DNA of 32,000 nt from Nitrosopumilus maritimus SCM1 (GCF_000018465.1 NC_010085.1:900001-932000), one strand, 5' to 3'. Shown: positions 1 through 7,774, counted from the stretch's first letter. Made by a program: numbers and translations. The notes: generated by a model not told the origin, from the letters alone.

Positions 1-6
1 GAGGGT

Positions 7-777
7 GTGGGCATGATGGAAAAGAATCAGCCAAAGGCAGCCATTTCATTTTTCAACAAGGTCCTAAAACAAGAGCCAGAAAATACAGAGGCATTACTTC
101 AAAAGGGGTTGGCATTAAACTTGATAAAAAAATACCAAGATGCAATTACTTGTTTTGATAAATTAATAGAAATTGATCCTAAAGATGCCCAAGCCCTAAA
201 CAACAGAGGAATATCCATGGCAGAGACAGGCAACATCCAGGGGGCTGCAGAATATTATGACAGGGCAATTGAGGCAGATTCCAAATATGCATCAGCTTAT
301 TTCAACAAAGGCGTACTACTAGACAAACTCCAAGAACATGAAGAGGCATTAACAGTTTTAGAAAAAGCAATAACAATTGATCCAAGAAAGCCAAATGCCA
401 TGATCTACAAGGGAATAGTTCTAGGTAAACTCAAAAGAAACGAAGAGGCATTGAATTGCTTTTCAAATGTTTGCAAAAAATATCCAAACAATTTGGATGC
501 ATTTTTCCAAAAAGGAGTTCAGCTAGCTGAATTAGACCAACATAAAAAAGCACTAGATGTGTTTGATGAACTCTTAAAAAAATACAAAGACAACGTGAAT
601 GTGATTTATGCAAAATCACGCAGTATGGCAGCACTTGAAAAGTATCCTGAATCACTAGAATTACTAAAACAAGCAGTATCCAAAAGTCCCAAAGTTATTC
701 GAGCATGGGCAAAAGAAGAGCCAATTTTCACAAAATTGCACAGTAATGATGAATTTAGAAAGATTGTAAAACTATAG
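7..777 (+). CDS. TPR-repeat protein. The frame is open to position 1, so the true start may lie upstream of the window; in-window candidates are GTG 7 and ATG 13.
   Basis: 256-aa ORF built almost entirely of tandem ~34-aa helical repeats with the TPR pattern, e.g. ALLQKGLALNLIKKYQDAITCFDKLIEIDPKDAQALNNRG and ASAYFNKGVLLDKLQEHEEALTVLEKAITIDPRKPNAMIYKG. Confidence 0.8.
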   Translation: MGMMEKNQPKAAISFFNKVLKQEPENTEALLQKGLALNLIKKYQDAITCFDKLIEIDPKDAQALNNRGISMAETGNIQGAAEYYDRAIEADSKYASAYFNKGVLLDKLQEHEEALTVLEKAITIDPRKPNAMIYKGIVLGKLKRNEEALNCFSNVCKKYPNNLDAFFQKGVQLAELDQHKKALDVFDELLKKYKDNVNVIYAKSRSMAALEKYPESLELLKQAVSKSPKVIRAWAKEEPIFTKLHSNDEFRKIVKL

Positions 778-1476
778 AATCTTTTTTCGTACTGCATCGA
801 TTCGGATTATTTCGACCTTCTTTTTTGGACCAATTAGTCGGCCCTCAAAAATCGGTACATAGAGTTCGGTGATTTCACGCAATACAAATTCTTCAGATAG
901 TTCTCTCACATCGGTCTCAAGAGGTTTTTTCAATTGAGACTGAAGTTTCTCTAATGCAGCATCATATGTTATTTCAGGTCTTTTTACATTTGGTTCATTT
1001 TTTTGTAGTAATCGTTTAGGATAATTTTCCACCGTATCAGAATTTACTTTGAATGGGAATTTTATCTCTCTTCCGTGATGATCAAATGCAAGTTCATCTT
1101 CTTCTTTAACAAATACGTGTTCTTCCAAGTTTATGTCAATCTTGTTTTTTCCTTTCTTTCCAGTTAACGCCTTTTCAAACCCAGATTTAGAGCGAGTCTG
1201 AAATACGCCATCGCCAAGTTCAACTTCTTTTACATTGTAGGGAACAGAGATTGTATGGGTTGCCTTTCGATAATAGTCAGCAACATATTTTCCAGACACT
1301 AGTAAAATGCATTCATAGTATAATTTGACGGAGTGGATGTGAACTTGTTCTTTTTTTGGTCTAGACAATAGTGATTTGAATGGGTTTGTCTTCTTTTCTT
1401 CTATAATCTCAGTTGCTTCTTCAAGTTCGATGTTTTTTCTAAGAACAACTGTCTTTACATCATAGGACTTGCTCAA
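772..1476 (-). CDS. Hypothetical protein, 234 aa, no motif recognised
   Basis: Long uninterrupted ORF with the K/E-rich composition of neighbouring genes. It is convergent with the TPR gene with a 6-nt overlap. No signal peptide or catalytic motif seen. Confidence 0.55.
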   Translation of the reverse strand: MSKSYDVKTVVLRKNIELEEATEIIEEKKTNPFKSLLSRPKKEQVHIHSVKLYYECILLVSGKYVADYYRKATHTISVPYNVKEVELGDGVFQTRSKSGFEKALTGKKGKNKIDINLEEHVFVKEEDELAFDHHGREIKFPFKVNSDTVENYPKRLLQKNEPNVKRPEITYDAALEKLQSQLKKPLETDVRELSEEFVLREITELYVPIFEGRLIGPKKKVEIIRIDAVRKKIL

Positions 1477-1553
1477 AACTATACAAAGTACATGATTCTA
1501 GTTATTAAACCAATTCTACTAGGAATTAAATAATAGATTTTAGAAAATAAAGC

Positions 1554-1919
1554 ATGGCAACAAAAAAGAAAGTTGGGTATATTGAACGATTTTTGAAAAA
1601 AGCAGACAAGGCAATTGATGATGGAGTAAAAAGGGCTGATGAAGTTCTAGAGGATGCAGTAGAATTTGGAACAATGACTGCAAAACAGGCTGCAAAAGCA
1701 AGTAAGGACATACAACTAAGAGCAAAAAAAGAAAGTGAAGCAATACACAAAAAAGGTACCAAAAAGATTGAGGAAGGACTTTCTGCTGCAAAAAATGCAA
1801 CATCAAACACAGAAGAAGATTTGGCAACACTTGAGAAATTAGGAAAATTACGAAAAGCAGGAGTTCTTACTGAAAAAGAGTTTCAGGCAAAGAAAAAGAA
1901 AATTCTGGAAAGAATTTAA
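1554..1919 (+). CDS. SHOCT-domain protein (Lys-rich helical N-terminus plus short C-terminal SHOCT motif)
   Basis: The C-terminus LEKLGKLRKAGVLTEKEFQAKKKKILERI matches the SHOCT pattern (L..L..L...G.lt..EF...K..iL). The competing antisense ORFs are Leu/Phe low-complexity mirror images. Confidence 0.7.
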   Translation: MATKKKVGYIERFLKKADKAIDDGVKRADEVLEDAVEFGTMTAKQAAKASKDIQLRAKKESEAIHKKGTKKIEEGLSAAKNATSNTEEDLATLEKLGKLRKAGVLTEKEFQAKKKKILERI

Positions 1920-1920
1920 A

Positions 1921-2376
1921 ATGAAAAAAACAAACATTCAAGGAAGTAATGATAAAAGAAATGTAAATCCAAATTGGTTTACATCAAAGACATGGATGAA
2001 AGTATTATCTGAAAAAATAAAATCAAAAGATCAAGACATCTATCATGTTCATTTTGAAAAAGGTTCTAGAACAAAACTACATGCACATAATGGAAATCAA
2101 GTATTAATTGCAACCAAAGGTAAGGGAAGTTTAGAGATTTTTAGAAGATATGGAACAAGTAAAAATAATTTCAAGATAAAAAAGACTCAAAAAATTACTC
2201 TTAATGAAGGGGATATTGTTCACATTCCAGCAAAAACATTGCACACTCATGGTTCAACAGATAAGAAAAAGACTTTTTCCCATATTGCAATAAACATATT
2301 GCCACGAAAAAATTCTGAATACAAAACAGTTTGGTGGGAGTCAGATTTTAAAACTAAAGCAACAGAAGTCATCTAA
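1921..2376 (+). CDS. Cupin-domain protein
   Basis: Two cupin motifs: YHVHFEKGSRTKLHAHNGNQVLIATKGKG and GDIVHIPAKTLHTHG. The start lies 1 nt after the upstream stop. Confidence 0.7.
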   Translation: MKKTNIQGSNDKRNVNPNWFTSKTWMKVLSEKIKSKDQDIYHVHFEKGSRTKLHAHNGNQVLIATKGKGSLEIFRRYGTSKNNFKIKKTQKITLNEGDIVHIPAKTLHTHGSTDKKKTFSHIAINILPRKNSEYKTVWWESDFKTKATEVI

Positions 2377-2378
2377 AG

Positions 2379-2741
2379 ATGTCACTGAGAAAAAATTCAG
2401 AAATAGAATCAATTCAAGGGGCAGAAGGAACAAGCATCAAGCAGTTTTTCCATCCACACAATACGCTTGAAGGAATAGGATACAGTCTTGCTCAATTTAC
2501 ACTAGAACCTGGAAAAGAATCAAAACTTCACATGCTAAAATCATCTGAAATTTACTATATTCTAGAGGGGAAAGCAAACTTGAGAATTGATGATGAAATC
2601 ATGGAACTACAAAAAGATGATTCAGCATATGTTCCCCCAAACTCTAAACAAAATATCAAGAACATTGGAGAGGAGAATTTAAGGTTCCTATGTATAGTAG
2701 AGCCAGCATGGAAAGCAGATGATGAAATCATACTAGAATAG
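2379..2741 (+). CDS. Cupin-domain protein (cupin_2-like)
   Basis: GKESKLHMLKSSEIYYILEGKANLRIDDE...LQKDDSAYVPPNSKQNIKNIGEENLRFLCI has the typical cupin beta-barrel pattern. The start lies 2 nt after the upstream stop. Confidence 0.7.
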   Translation: MSLRKNSEIESIQGAEGTSIKQFFHPHNTLEGIGYSLAQFTLEPGKESKLHMLKSSEIYYILEGKANLRIDDEIMELQKDDSAYVPPNSKQNIKNIGEENLRFLCIVEPAWKADDEIILE

Positions 2742-2803
2742 GCAATTCCTACTCAAAGCAATATGAAATTATTTTTAAAATATGCCAAATCTCTAAAAAT
2801 ACA

Positions 2804-3475
2804 GTGAATACTTACCAGGCTCTCAAAGTACTAGATGTAGATTCCAATTCATCACAAGAAGAGATCAAGGCAGCATTTAGAAAAAAAGCATTAGAGCATC
2901 ATCCAGATAAGAATAAGAACAAAAATGAGGATTTAGAGTTTAAAAAAATTACAGAGGCATATGAATATCTCAAGAAAAATCATCATCAAAGAAATGATGT
3001 GTATCACAATGTACAATCCCAATCAAAACCAAAATCAAACTTCAAAAGAAAACCATGGGGAGCTCCAGATGATGAGACAATTCCAGAACAAGATTGGGGA
3101 AAATACACAAAAGAGTTTGAAGAGGGGGATCCTGATTTTTGGAAAGAGTATGAAAAAAATTTCTGGGAAGAGTACAATGCTAGAGTTCGCCCAGATGGAA
3201 GAAACGGAGAGTATGAAAAGGCAAAAGAGCCTAAAAAACAGCCCAATCTCTATGTAGATGTGGATAAGAGTCTGTGTATTGGCTGTTGTAGTTGTGAGAT
3301 AATTGCTCCAGATGTTTTTCAAATTAACAAAGAGAAAATGATGAATCCGAAATCTTCAGTGATTGATCCAAAAGGTGCAGGAGTAAACAAGATTATGGAT
3401 GCAGCAATGACATGCCCTACAAAGGCAATAATCGTAGAAGATATAGATACAAAAGAAAGAATGTATCCTTACTAG
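2804..3475 (+). CDS. J-domain protein fused to a C-terminal single-cluster [4Fe-4S] ferredoxin-like domain (GTG start)
   Basis: N-terminus YQALKVLDVDSNSSQEEIKAAFRKKALEHHPDKNK...FKKITEAYEYLKK is a J-domain with the HPD tripeptide. C-terminus VDKSLCIGCCSCEIIAPDVF...AAMTCPTKAIIVE carries C-x2-C-x2-C...C-P. An AT-rich TATA-like stretch sits ~27 nt upstream of the GTG. Confidence 0.8.
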   Translation: MNTYQALKVLDVDSNSSQEEIKAAFRKKALEHHPDKNKNKNEDLEFKKITEAYEYLKKNHHQRNDVYHNVQSQSKPKSNFKRKPWGAPDDETIPEQDWGKYTKEFEEGDPDFWKEYEKNFWEEYNARVRPDGRNGEYEKAKEPKKQPNLYVDVDKSLCIGCCSCEIIAPDVFQINKEKMMNPKSSVIDPKGAGVNKIMDAAMTCPTKAIIVEDIDTKERMYPY

Positions 3476-3883
3476 TTAGAGTTTTAATTTATCATAAAGT
3501 TCATCTGATTCGGATTCAGATAATTTCAAAGTACCATCAAACATACTGTGTATTGCAGATGCAGAGTCATCTGAAGACCTAGGTACTAAATGCACATGAA
3601 CATGTGGCACTTCTTGTCCTGCTTCTTTTCCATTATGAACTGCAACCAAGGTTGCACCAGTGATAGAATCAACTTTTGCAATCATCTTATGTACAAGAGA
3701 AAACAGATCAGTGTTTTCTTCATCAGACATTTCTTGAATTTTCTGATGATGGTTCTTTGGAATTACTAAAACATGTCCTTTTGCCAAAGGAAAGGCATCA
3801 TGAAATGATATTGATGAAGAGGTTTCTCCAAGAATTTTACAAGGAATTTCTTTTGCAATGATTTTACAAAATATACAATCCAT
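3476..3883 (-). CDS. HIT-family (histidine triad) nucleotide hydrolase/transferase
   Basis: N-terminus CIFCKII..EIP and the histidine triad HVHVHLVP (HxHxHxx), with the typical ~135-aa length. Confidence 0.85.
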   Translation of the reverse strand: MDCIFCKIIAKEIPCKILGETSSSISFHDAFPLAKGHVLVIPKNHHQKIQEMSDEENTDLFSLVHKMIAKVDSITGATLVAVHNGKEAGQEVPHVHVHLVPRSSDDSASAIHSMFDGTLKLSESESDELYDKLKL

Positions 3884-3918
3884 GATATTTCATATTTTTT
3901 TTAATATTAAATCATTAA

Positions 3919-4224
3919 TCATGGCTCAGTAATCTTTGCCCATGCTAAACCTTCACCATATGTAATAGTCACTACATCACCTGGTTGCAATGTACAATCC
4001 TCAATTATTTTTGGAATATTATCACTAGTTTCAACATAGCATTGACCATTATCATTAGTCAAAATTTCTACTTCTTCATTGACATCTTCTCGAATTAAAT
4101 TCCAGAATGGGAAAACAATTGTAGACAATACTAGTCCTGCAACTATTAAAGCACCACCAAAAATCAATCCACCTTTTTGGCCGGAAGTTAGTTCCATTTT
4201 ACCAAGTACCGCCATCGCCGGCAT
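3919..4224 (-). CDS. Small membrane-anchored hypothetical protein; an alternative start at 4197 (MELTSGQKGG...) avoids overlap with the upstream zinc-finger ORF
   Basis: One hydrophobic helix (GGLIFGGALIVAGLVLSTIVFPFW) followed by a ~65-aa soluble domain with 2 Cys. An ATG at 4197 lies 1 nt after the stop (4201-4199) of the upstream small ORF. Confidence 0.55.
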   Translation of the reverse strand: MPAMAVLGKMELTSGQKGGLIFGGALIVAGLVLSTIVFPFWNLIREDVNEEVEILTNDNGQCYVETSDNIPKIIEDCTLQPGDVVTITYGEGLAWAKITEP

Positions 4225-4366
4225 TAGGATCTAATTTCTTTGCAGGAACATTTCCATGTGCTTTTTTCATGTGTCTTTTCAGACGTTCAGGATCATGTAA
4301 TTCAGTACCACAAGTATCACACTTAGTTTTACTATCATTGTCTTTGTTACGGTTAAACAATCCCAT
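4199..4366 (-). CDS. Small C2H2 zinc-finger protein (55 aa), absent from the supplied ORF track because it is under 60 aa
   Basis: Hand translation from ATG 4366-4364 to TAA 4201-4199 gives MGLFNRNKDNDSKTKCDTCGTELHDPERLKRHMKKAHGNVPAKKLDPNAGDGGTW. The spacing C-x2-C-x3-L-x5-L-x2-H-x4-H is the classical C2H2 pattern. The N-terminus MGLF is shared with the zinc-finger proteins at 6617 and 7031. Confidence 0.6.
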   Translation of the reverse strand: MGLFNRNKDNDSKTKCDTCGTELHDPERLKRHMKKAHGNVPAKKLDPNAGDGGTW

Positions 4367-4420
4367 ATTTTGTTAAAATTTTGAAATACATTATAAAGGA
4401 TACGTGATTTTTGGTAGAAC

Positions 4421-5560
4421 ATGGCAGTAAAAAATATCACAATTTTAGGTTCTGGAGTAATGGGACACGGTATTGCACAGGTATCAGCTACTGCAGGGTA
4501 TAATGTGGTTCTACGAGATATCGAACAGGGATTTTTAGATAAAGCAATGGAAAAGATCAGATGGAGTTTAGATAAACTAGTTTCAAAAGAAAAAATTTCA
4601 AAAGAAGAAGGAGATTCAATTTTTGGTAGAATCACACCAGTTGTAGATTTGAAAGAGGCAGTGAAAGATGCAGAGTTGGTAATAGAAGTAGTTCCAGAAA
4701 TTATGGATCTAAAGAAAAAGGTCTATGCAGAACTAGATGAAGTAGCAGCACCAGAAGTTATCTTTGCATCAAATACCAGTACATTGCCAATTACTGAAAT
4801 TGCAAATACAACATCAAGACCAGACAAATTCATTGGAATTCATTTCTTTAATCCTCCGCAACTGATGAAATTAGTAGAAGTAATTCCAGGGGAGAAAACA
4901 TCGCAAGAAATTACAGATTTAACTAAAGATTATGTCAAGTCAGTTAACAAACAAGCTGTATTATGTAGAAAAGATGTTCCAGGATTTATCATAAACAGGT
5001 TATTCATTCCAATGGTTCATGAAGCATGTTATGCAAAAGATAGAACAGGTGCAACTCTTGAAGAGATTGATTCAGCAGTAAAATTCAATCTAGGATTTCC
5101 AATGGGAATCTTTGAGTTAGCAGACTTTACAGGAATGGATGTGATTCACAAAGCAACAGTTGAGATGCATTTGAGAGACAAAAAAGTAATCAACCCACAT
5201 CCAACAGTTGAGAAAATGTTTGATGAAAAGAAACTAGGACAAAAATCAGGGGAAGGATACTACAAGTATTCAGATGACAAATATGAAAGAGTTGAACTTT
5301 CTCAAGAGCTTGCTCAGAAATTTAATCCCATTCAACTAGTAGCAAATATTCTAAACAATGCAGCATGGCTTGTAACTAATGGTGCAAGCGACATAGAAGA
5401 AATTGAAAAAGCCGCTCAGTTAGGGTTAGGATTGAAAAAACCGCTATTTGAAACAGCAAAAGAAATTGGCATTAAAAATATTGTAGATGAGTTAAACAAA
5501 CTTGCCGAAGAACATGGAGAGTTTTACAAACCAGACCCACTGCTCACATCAATGCAGTGA
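4421..5560 (+). CDS. hbd: 3-hydroxyacyl-CoA / (S)-3-hydroxybutyryl-CoA dehydrogenase (NAD-binding)
   Basis: N-terminal Rossmann motif ITILGSGVMGHGIAQ, the central SNTSTLPITEIA and HFFNPP motifs of the 3-hydroxyacyl-CoA dehydrogenase family, and a C-terminal helical dimerisation domain. In thaumarchaea this family provides the HP/HB-cycle 3-hydroxybutyryl-CoA dehydrogenase. Confidence 0.85.
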   Translation: MAVKNITILGSGVMGHGIAQVSATAGYNVVLRDIEQGFLDKAMEKIRWSLDKLVSKEKISKEEGDSIFGRITPVVDLKEAVKDAELVIEVVPEIMDLKKKVYAELDEVAAPEVIFASNTSTLPITEIANTTSRPDKFIGIHFFNPPQLMKLVEVIPGEKTSQEITDLTKDYVKSVNKQAVLCRKDVPGFIINRLFIPMVHEACYAKDRTGATLEEIDSAVKFNLGFPMGIFELADFTGMDVIHKATVEMHLRDKKVINPHPTVEKMFDEKKLGQKSGEGYYKYSDDKYERVELSQELAQKFNPIQLVANILNNAAWLVTNGASDIEEIEKAAQLGLGLKKPLFETAKEIGIKNIVDELNKLAEEHGEFYKPDPLLTSMQ

Positions 5561-5561
5561 A

Positions 5562-5828
5562 TCAATTAATTCCCAAATGTTCTTTGATTTTAGTAACATC
5601 TTCTCCAATCATAGATATCTGACTACTTAATGCCCAAACAGAGTTTCTTGATTGGATATTTTGATTATTCAAATATTTTACCAAGGTCATAGTAAATTCA
5701 GAGTTGTTTGTTTTCTCTAAATAAGAAATGATTTCATCAATCATTTGAGGAGGCAATCCTTTATCCAATTTATCAATAAGTTGTTTGCATTCTTCATCAT
5801 CTTGAATTGCCATGAATTGTATACACAC
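5562..5828 (-). CDS. Hypothetical small protein (start may be the internal MAIQDDEE... at 5811)
   Basis: 88-aa ORF filling the gap between two well-supported genes. Predicted helical, with no motif recognised. Confidence 0.4.
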   Translation of the reverse strand: MCIQFMAIQDDEECKQLIDKLDKGLPPQMIDEIISYLEKTNNSEFTMTLVKYLNNQNIQSRNSVWALSSQISMIGEDVTKIKEHLGIN

Positions 5829-5844
5829 TTTTGATTAAAGAAGA

Positions 5845-6354
5845 TTATGCAGAGATTAGTTCTATTATTTTTGTAACTGCTTCTTGAGCATTATCTACAC
5901 CAACAATTTTTACATTTTCTCTATGATCCAAATATCCATCAATATATTGTTCCACTGAACCGTTGAGATTTCTAATTGCAACCATTGGTTTTTTTGACAT
6001 GTATGATGCACAAACCTCAGATAATGTGCCAGAACCACCACCAACAATTATGACACCATCAGCACTCAGTGCATTAAGAAAATCACGAGTAAATCCCATT
6101 CCAGTAGGAATTACAATATCACAGTACTCATTAGCCTCAGAAGCATCATCTTGAGGAATTATTCCAACAGTTAACCCATCTGTATCTTTTGCACCACGAG
6201 ATGCAGCAGTCATTATTCCACCCAATCCACCAGTAATCAACACAGAGTCAGATTTTGCAATTTCTACACCGATATCATATGCAATTTTCTCATGTTCTGG
6301 AGTACAACCATTAGTGTTATTTCCAATTACCAGGATCTGACGTTTCTTTACCAT
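5845..6354 (-). CDS. TIGR00725 / LOG-like (SLOG) Rossmann-fold family protein
   Basis: ILVIGNN...VLITGGLGGIMTAASRGA...GIIP...IVIPTGMGFTRD...IIVGGGSGTLSEV matches the GGxGG...GGGxGTxxE pattern of the LOG/TIGR00725 superfamily. Confidence 0.6.
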   Translation of the reverse strand: MVKKRQILVIGNNTNGCTPEHEKIAYDIGVEIAKSDSVLITGGLGGIMTAASRGAKDTDGLTVGIIPQDDASEANEYCDIVIPTGMGFTRDFLNALSADGVIIVGGGSGTLSEVCASYMSKKPMVAIRNLNGSVEQYIDGYLDHRENVKIVGVDNAQEAVTKIIELISA

Positions 6355-6429
6355 GTTAAATATTTAGAAACAGGTTTGAAATATCTTCCGAGAGAAAAGG
6401 ATATTAGTAAAAAATACGGTTGTTATTAC

Positions 6430-6552
6430 ATGGAAAGACGTTCAATGCCAGTATGTTTTACTGAAAAACAATACAAAATGATCGAAGAATATGCCAAGAG
6501 AAACGGTATGCTCAATGCAAGCCAAGCTCTTGAAAAAATCCTAAGCGAATAA
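6430..6552 (+). CDS. Small ribbon-helix-helix-like protein (40 aa), a short version of the 6292..6552 track ORF
   Basis: MERRSMPVCFTEKQYKMIEEYAKRNGMLNASQALEKILSE has a beta-strand plus two helices like CopG/Arc. The longer track ORF would overlap the opposite-strand LOG-like gene by 63 nt. A T-rich tract follows the stop. Confidence 0.45.
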   Translation: MERRSMPVCFTEKQYKMIEEYAKRNGMLNASQALEKILSE

Positions 6553-6556
6553 ACGC

Positions 6557-6580
6557 TTTTTTGTTATTTTTATTTTGTTT
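6557..6580 (+). terminator. Oligo-T tract, a putative archaeal intrinsic terminator
   Basis: TTTTTTGTTATTTTTATTTTGTTT lies immediately after the stop at 6552. Archaeal termination typically uses oligo-T runs. Confidence 0.35.
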
Positions 6581-6616
6581 ACATTTATAGAATAAGCTAT
6601 ACTAGGTAGATTTGTA

Positions 6617-7027
6617 ATGGGATTATTTAGCAGAAAACCATCATTTTGTACTATTTGTGATAAAGAACTAACCCACAAACACAAACCAAAAAGAGAATGG
6701 AACATCAAAGGTCCACTTTGCGGAGAGTGTCATTTTGAAAAACAAAAAGAGTACTATGAAGGCAAGGTAAGGCAACCATGTGTAGAATGTGGTAAAACTC
6801 AAAAAATTACAGATTTGTGGGAACCACGATGGCAATGGGATATGGAAGGACTTCTTTGCAAACCATGTTTTGATAAAAAAGAAGAATCACATGGAAAAAA
6901 GAAAAATTTTTGTTCATTGTGTGGTGGAAAGATGGGATTGATTAGATATAATCCAAAAGGAAAATGGAAGATTGATGGTCAACTATGCAGAAAGTGCTGG
7001 GATGAAAAAAAGGCAGAGTTAGGATAG
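6617..7027 (+). CDS. Triple zinc-ribbon protein (three internal CxxC...CxxC repeats, 12 Cys)
   Basis: Repeats FCTICDK..x19..LCGECHFEK, PCVECGK..x21..LCKPCFDKK and FCSLCGG..x20..LCRKCWDEKK, each with a conserved Trp before the second knuckle. The N-terminus is MGLFSRK. A TATA-like TTTATAGAA sits ~29 nt upstream. Confidence 0.7.
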   Translation: MGLFSRKPSFCTICDKELTHKHKPKREWNIKGPLCGECHFEKQKEYYEGKVRQPCVECGKTQKITDLWEPRWQWDMEGLLCKPCFDKKEESHGKKKNFCSLCGGKMGLIRYNPKGKWKIDGQLCRKCWDEKKAELG

Positions 7028-7030
7028 TAG

Positions 7031-7228
7031 TTGGGATTTTTTAAAAAAATCAAATGCGATATTTGTGATAATAAATTTTCAAAACAAGAAGAATTGATGA
7101 ATCACAAACAGATTGTTCATGGAAAGGATTTGCAATATGATTGCAAAGAGTGTAACAAATTTTTTTCAAATATGGAAGACATGAGAACTCATCTACAAAG
7201 AGAACACAGTTACAAAAAAGACAGATAA
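7031..7228 (+). CDS. Double C2H2 zinc-finger protein (65 aa, TTG start)
   Basis: Finger 1 is CDICDNKFSKQEELMNHKQIVH and finger 2 is CKECNKFFSNMEDMRTHLQREH. Both fit C-x2-C-x3-F-x5-(L/M)-x2-H-x4-H. The TTG start is required to keep finger 1 intact and gives the shared MGFF N-terminus. Confidence 0.7.
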   Translation: MGFFKKIKCDICDNKFSKQEELMNHKQIVHGKDLQYDCKECNKFFSNMEDMRTHLQREHSYKKDR

Positions 7229-7435
7229 CTAAATTGCTTTGACGGTCTTAACTACTGGAGGTCTAACTTTGGTAAATACTCTGAATCCACAAATACATTT
7301 GATTTCAGGTAAACGAGATAATTCAGTGTTTGAAACCATAGTTCCACATCTAAGGCAAGAATAGTTTACATCAAATGTTTCAACAGGTGTTTCTTCTACT
7401 TCATCAAAATTTTCTTCAGCCATGTTTATCATCAA
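7229..7435 (-). CDS. rpoP: Probable DNA-directed RNA polymerase subunit P (Rpo12/RpoP) with an acidic N-terminal extension
   Basis: YSCLRCGTMVSNTELSRLPEIKCICGFRVFTKVRPPVVKTVKAI resembles the archaeal RpoP zinc ribbon, including the ...VKAI C-terminus. The second knuckle is CxC instead of CxxC. It lies next to rps10-tuf. Confidence 0.55.
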   Translation of the reverse strand: MMINMAEENFDEVEETPVETFDVNYSCLRCGTMVSNTELSRLPEIKCICGFRVFTKVRPPVVKTVKAI

Positions 7436-7454
7436 AATTTCTATAATTTAGAGA

Positions 7455-7763
7455 TTATGTTAATGAAAGTTCAATGTAGACGTCATCAGGGATTTTTAGT
7501 CTCATTAATTGCCTTATTGCTTTGTCGTCAGCGTTGATGTTGATAATTCTTCTATGCATCTTCATCTCCCATTTCTCATAAGTTTCAGTTCCGTTGCCAC
7601 AAGGAGATTTTCTAGTAGCAACGTGTAATCTTTTAACAGGAAGTGGGGTTGGACCCTTTACCTTAACACCGGTTTTTTTACCGATACCCATGATTTCCCC
7701 ACATACTCCATCTAACTTTGGTAGACTGGTTGATGTGAGTTTTACACGGGCGGTTTGGGTCAT
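7455..7763 (-). CDS. rps10: 30S ribosomal protein S10 (uS10)
   Basis: 102 aa. ARVKLTS...LDGVC..I...KKTGVKVKGPTPLP...L.V.TRKSPCG.G..T...WEMRMHRR pattern, located immediately downstream of EF-1alpha as in the conserved archaeal tuf-rps10 pair. Confidence 0.93.
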   Translation of the reverse strand: MTQTARVKLTSTSLPKLDGVCGEIMGIGKKTGVKVKGPTPLPVKRLHVATRKSPCGNGTETYEKWEMKMHRRIININADDKAIRQLMRLKIPDDVYIELSLT

Positions 7764-7774
7764 AAAAAATCCGC

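Noticed and set aside
1526-1830. Two overlapping minus-strand ORFs (94 and 96 aa) opposite the SHOCT gene
   Set aside because: Their Leu/Phe/Ser-rich low-complexity translations are typical of the antisense of a Lys/Glu-rich gene. The plus-strand frame carries a recognisable SHOCT motif and sits in an operon with 1-2-nt spacing.
2961-3322. Alternative-frame and antisense ORFs within the J-domain/ferredoxin gene linker
   Set aside because: They arise from the low-complexity Lys/Glu/Asn-rich linker region. The annotated frame alone links the J-domain and the Cys motif.
4279-4635. 118-aa minus-strand ORF spanning the hbd start region
   Set aside because: Its N-terminal two-thirds are antisense to the Rossmann-fold start of the well-supported dehydrogenase gene. 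The remainder overlaps, in another frame, the better-supported 55-aa C2H2 finger ORF.
6292-6552. Full-length 86-aa version of the track ORF
   Set aside because: Its first 63 nt overlap the opposite-strand LOG-like gene, and the N-terminal part is low-complexity. The internal ATG at 6430 gives a compact ribbon-helix-helix-like protein with its own upstream AT-rich element.
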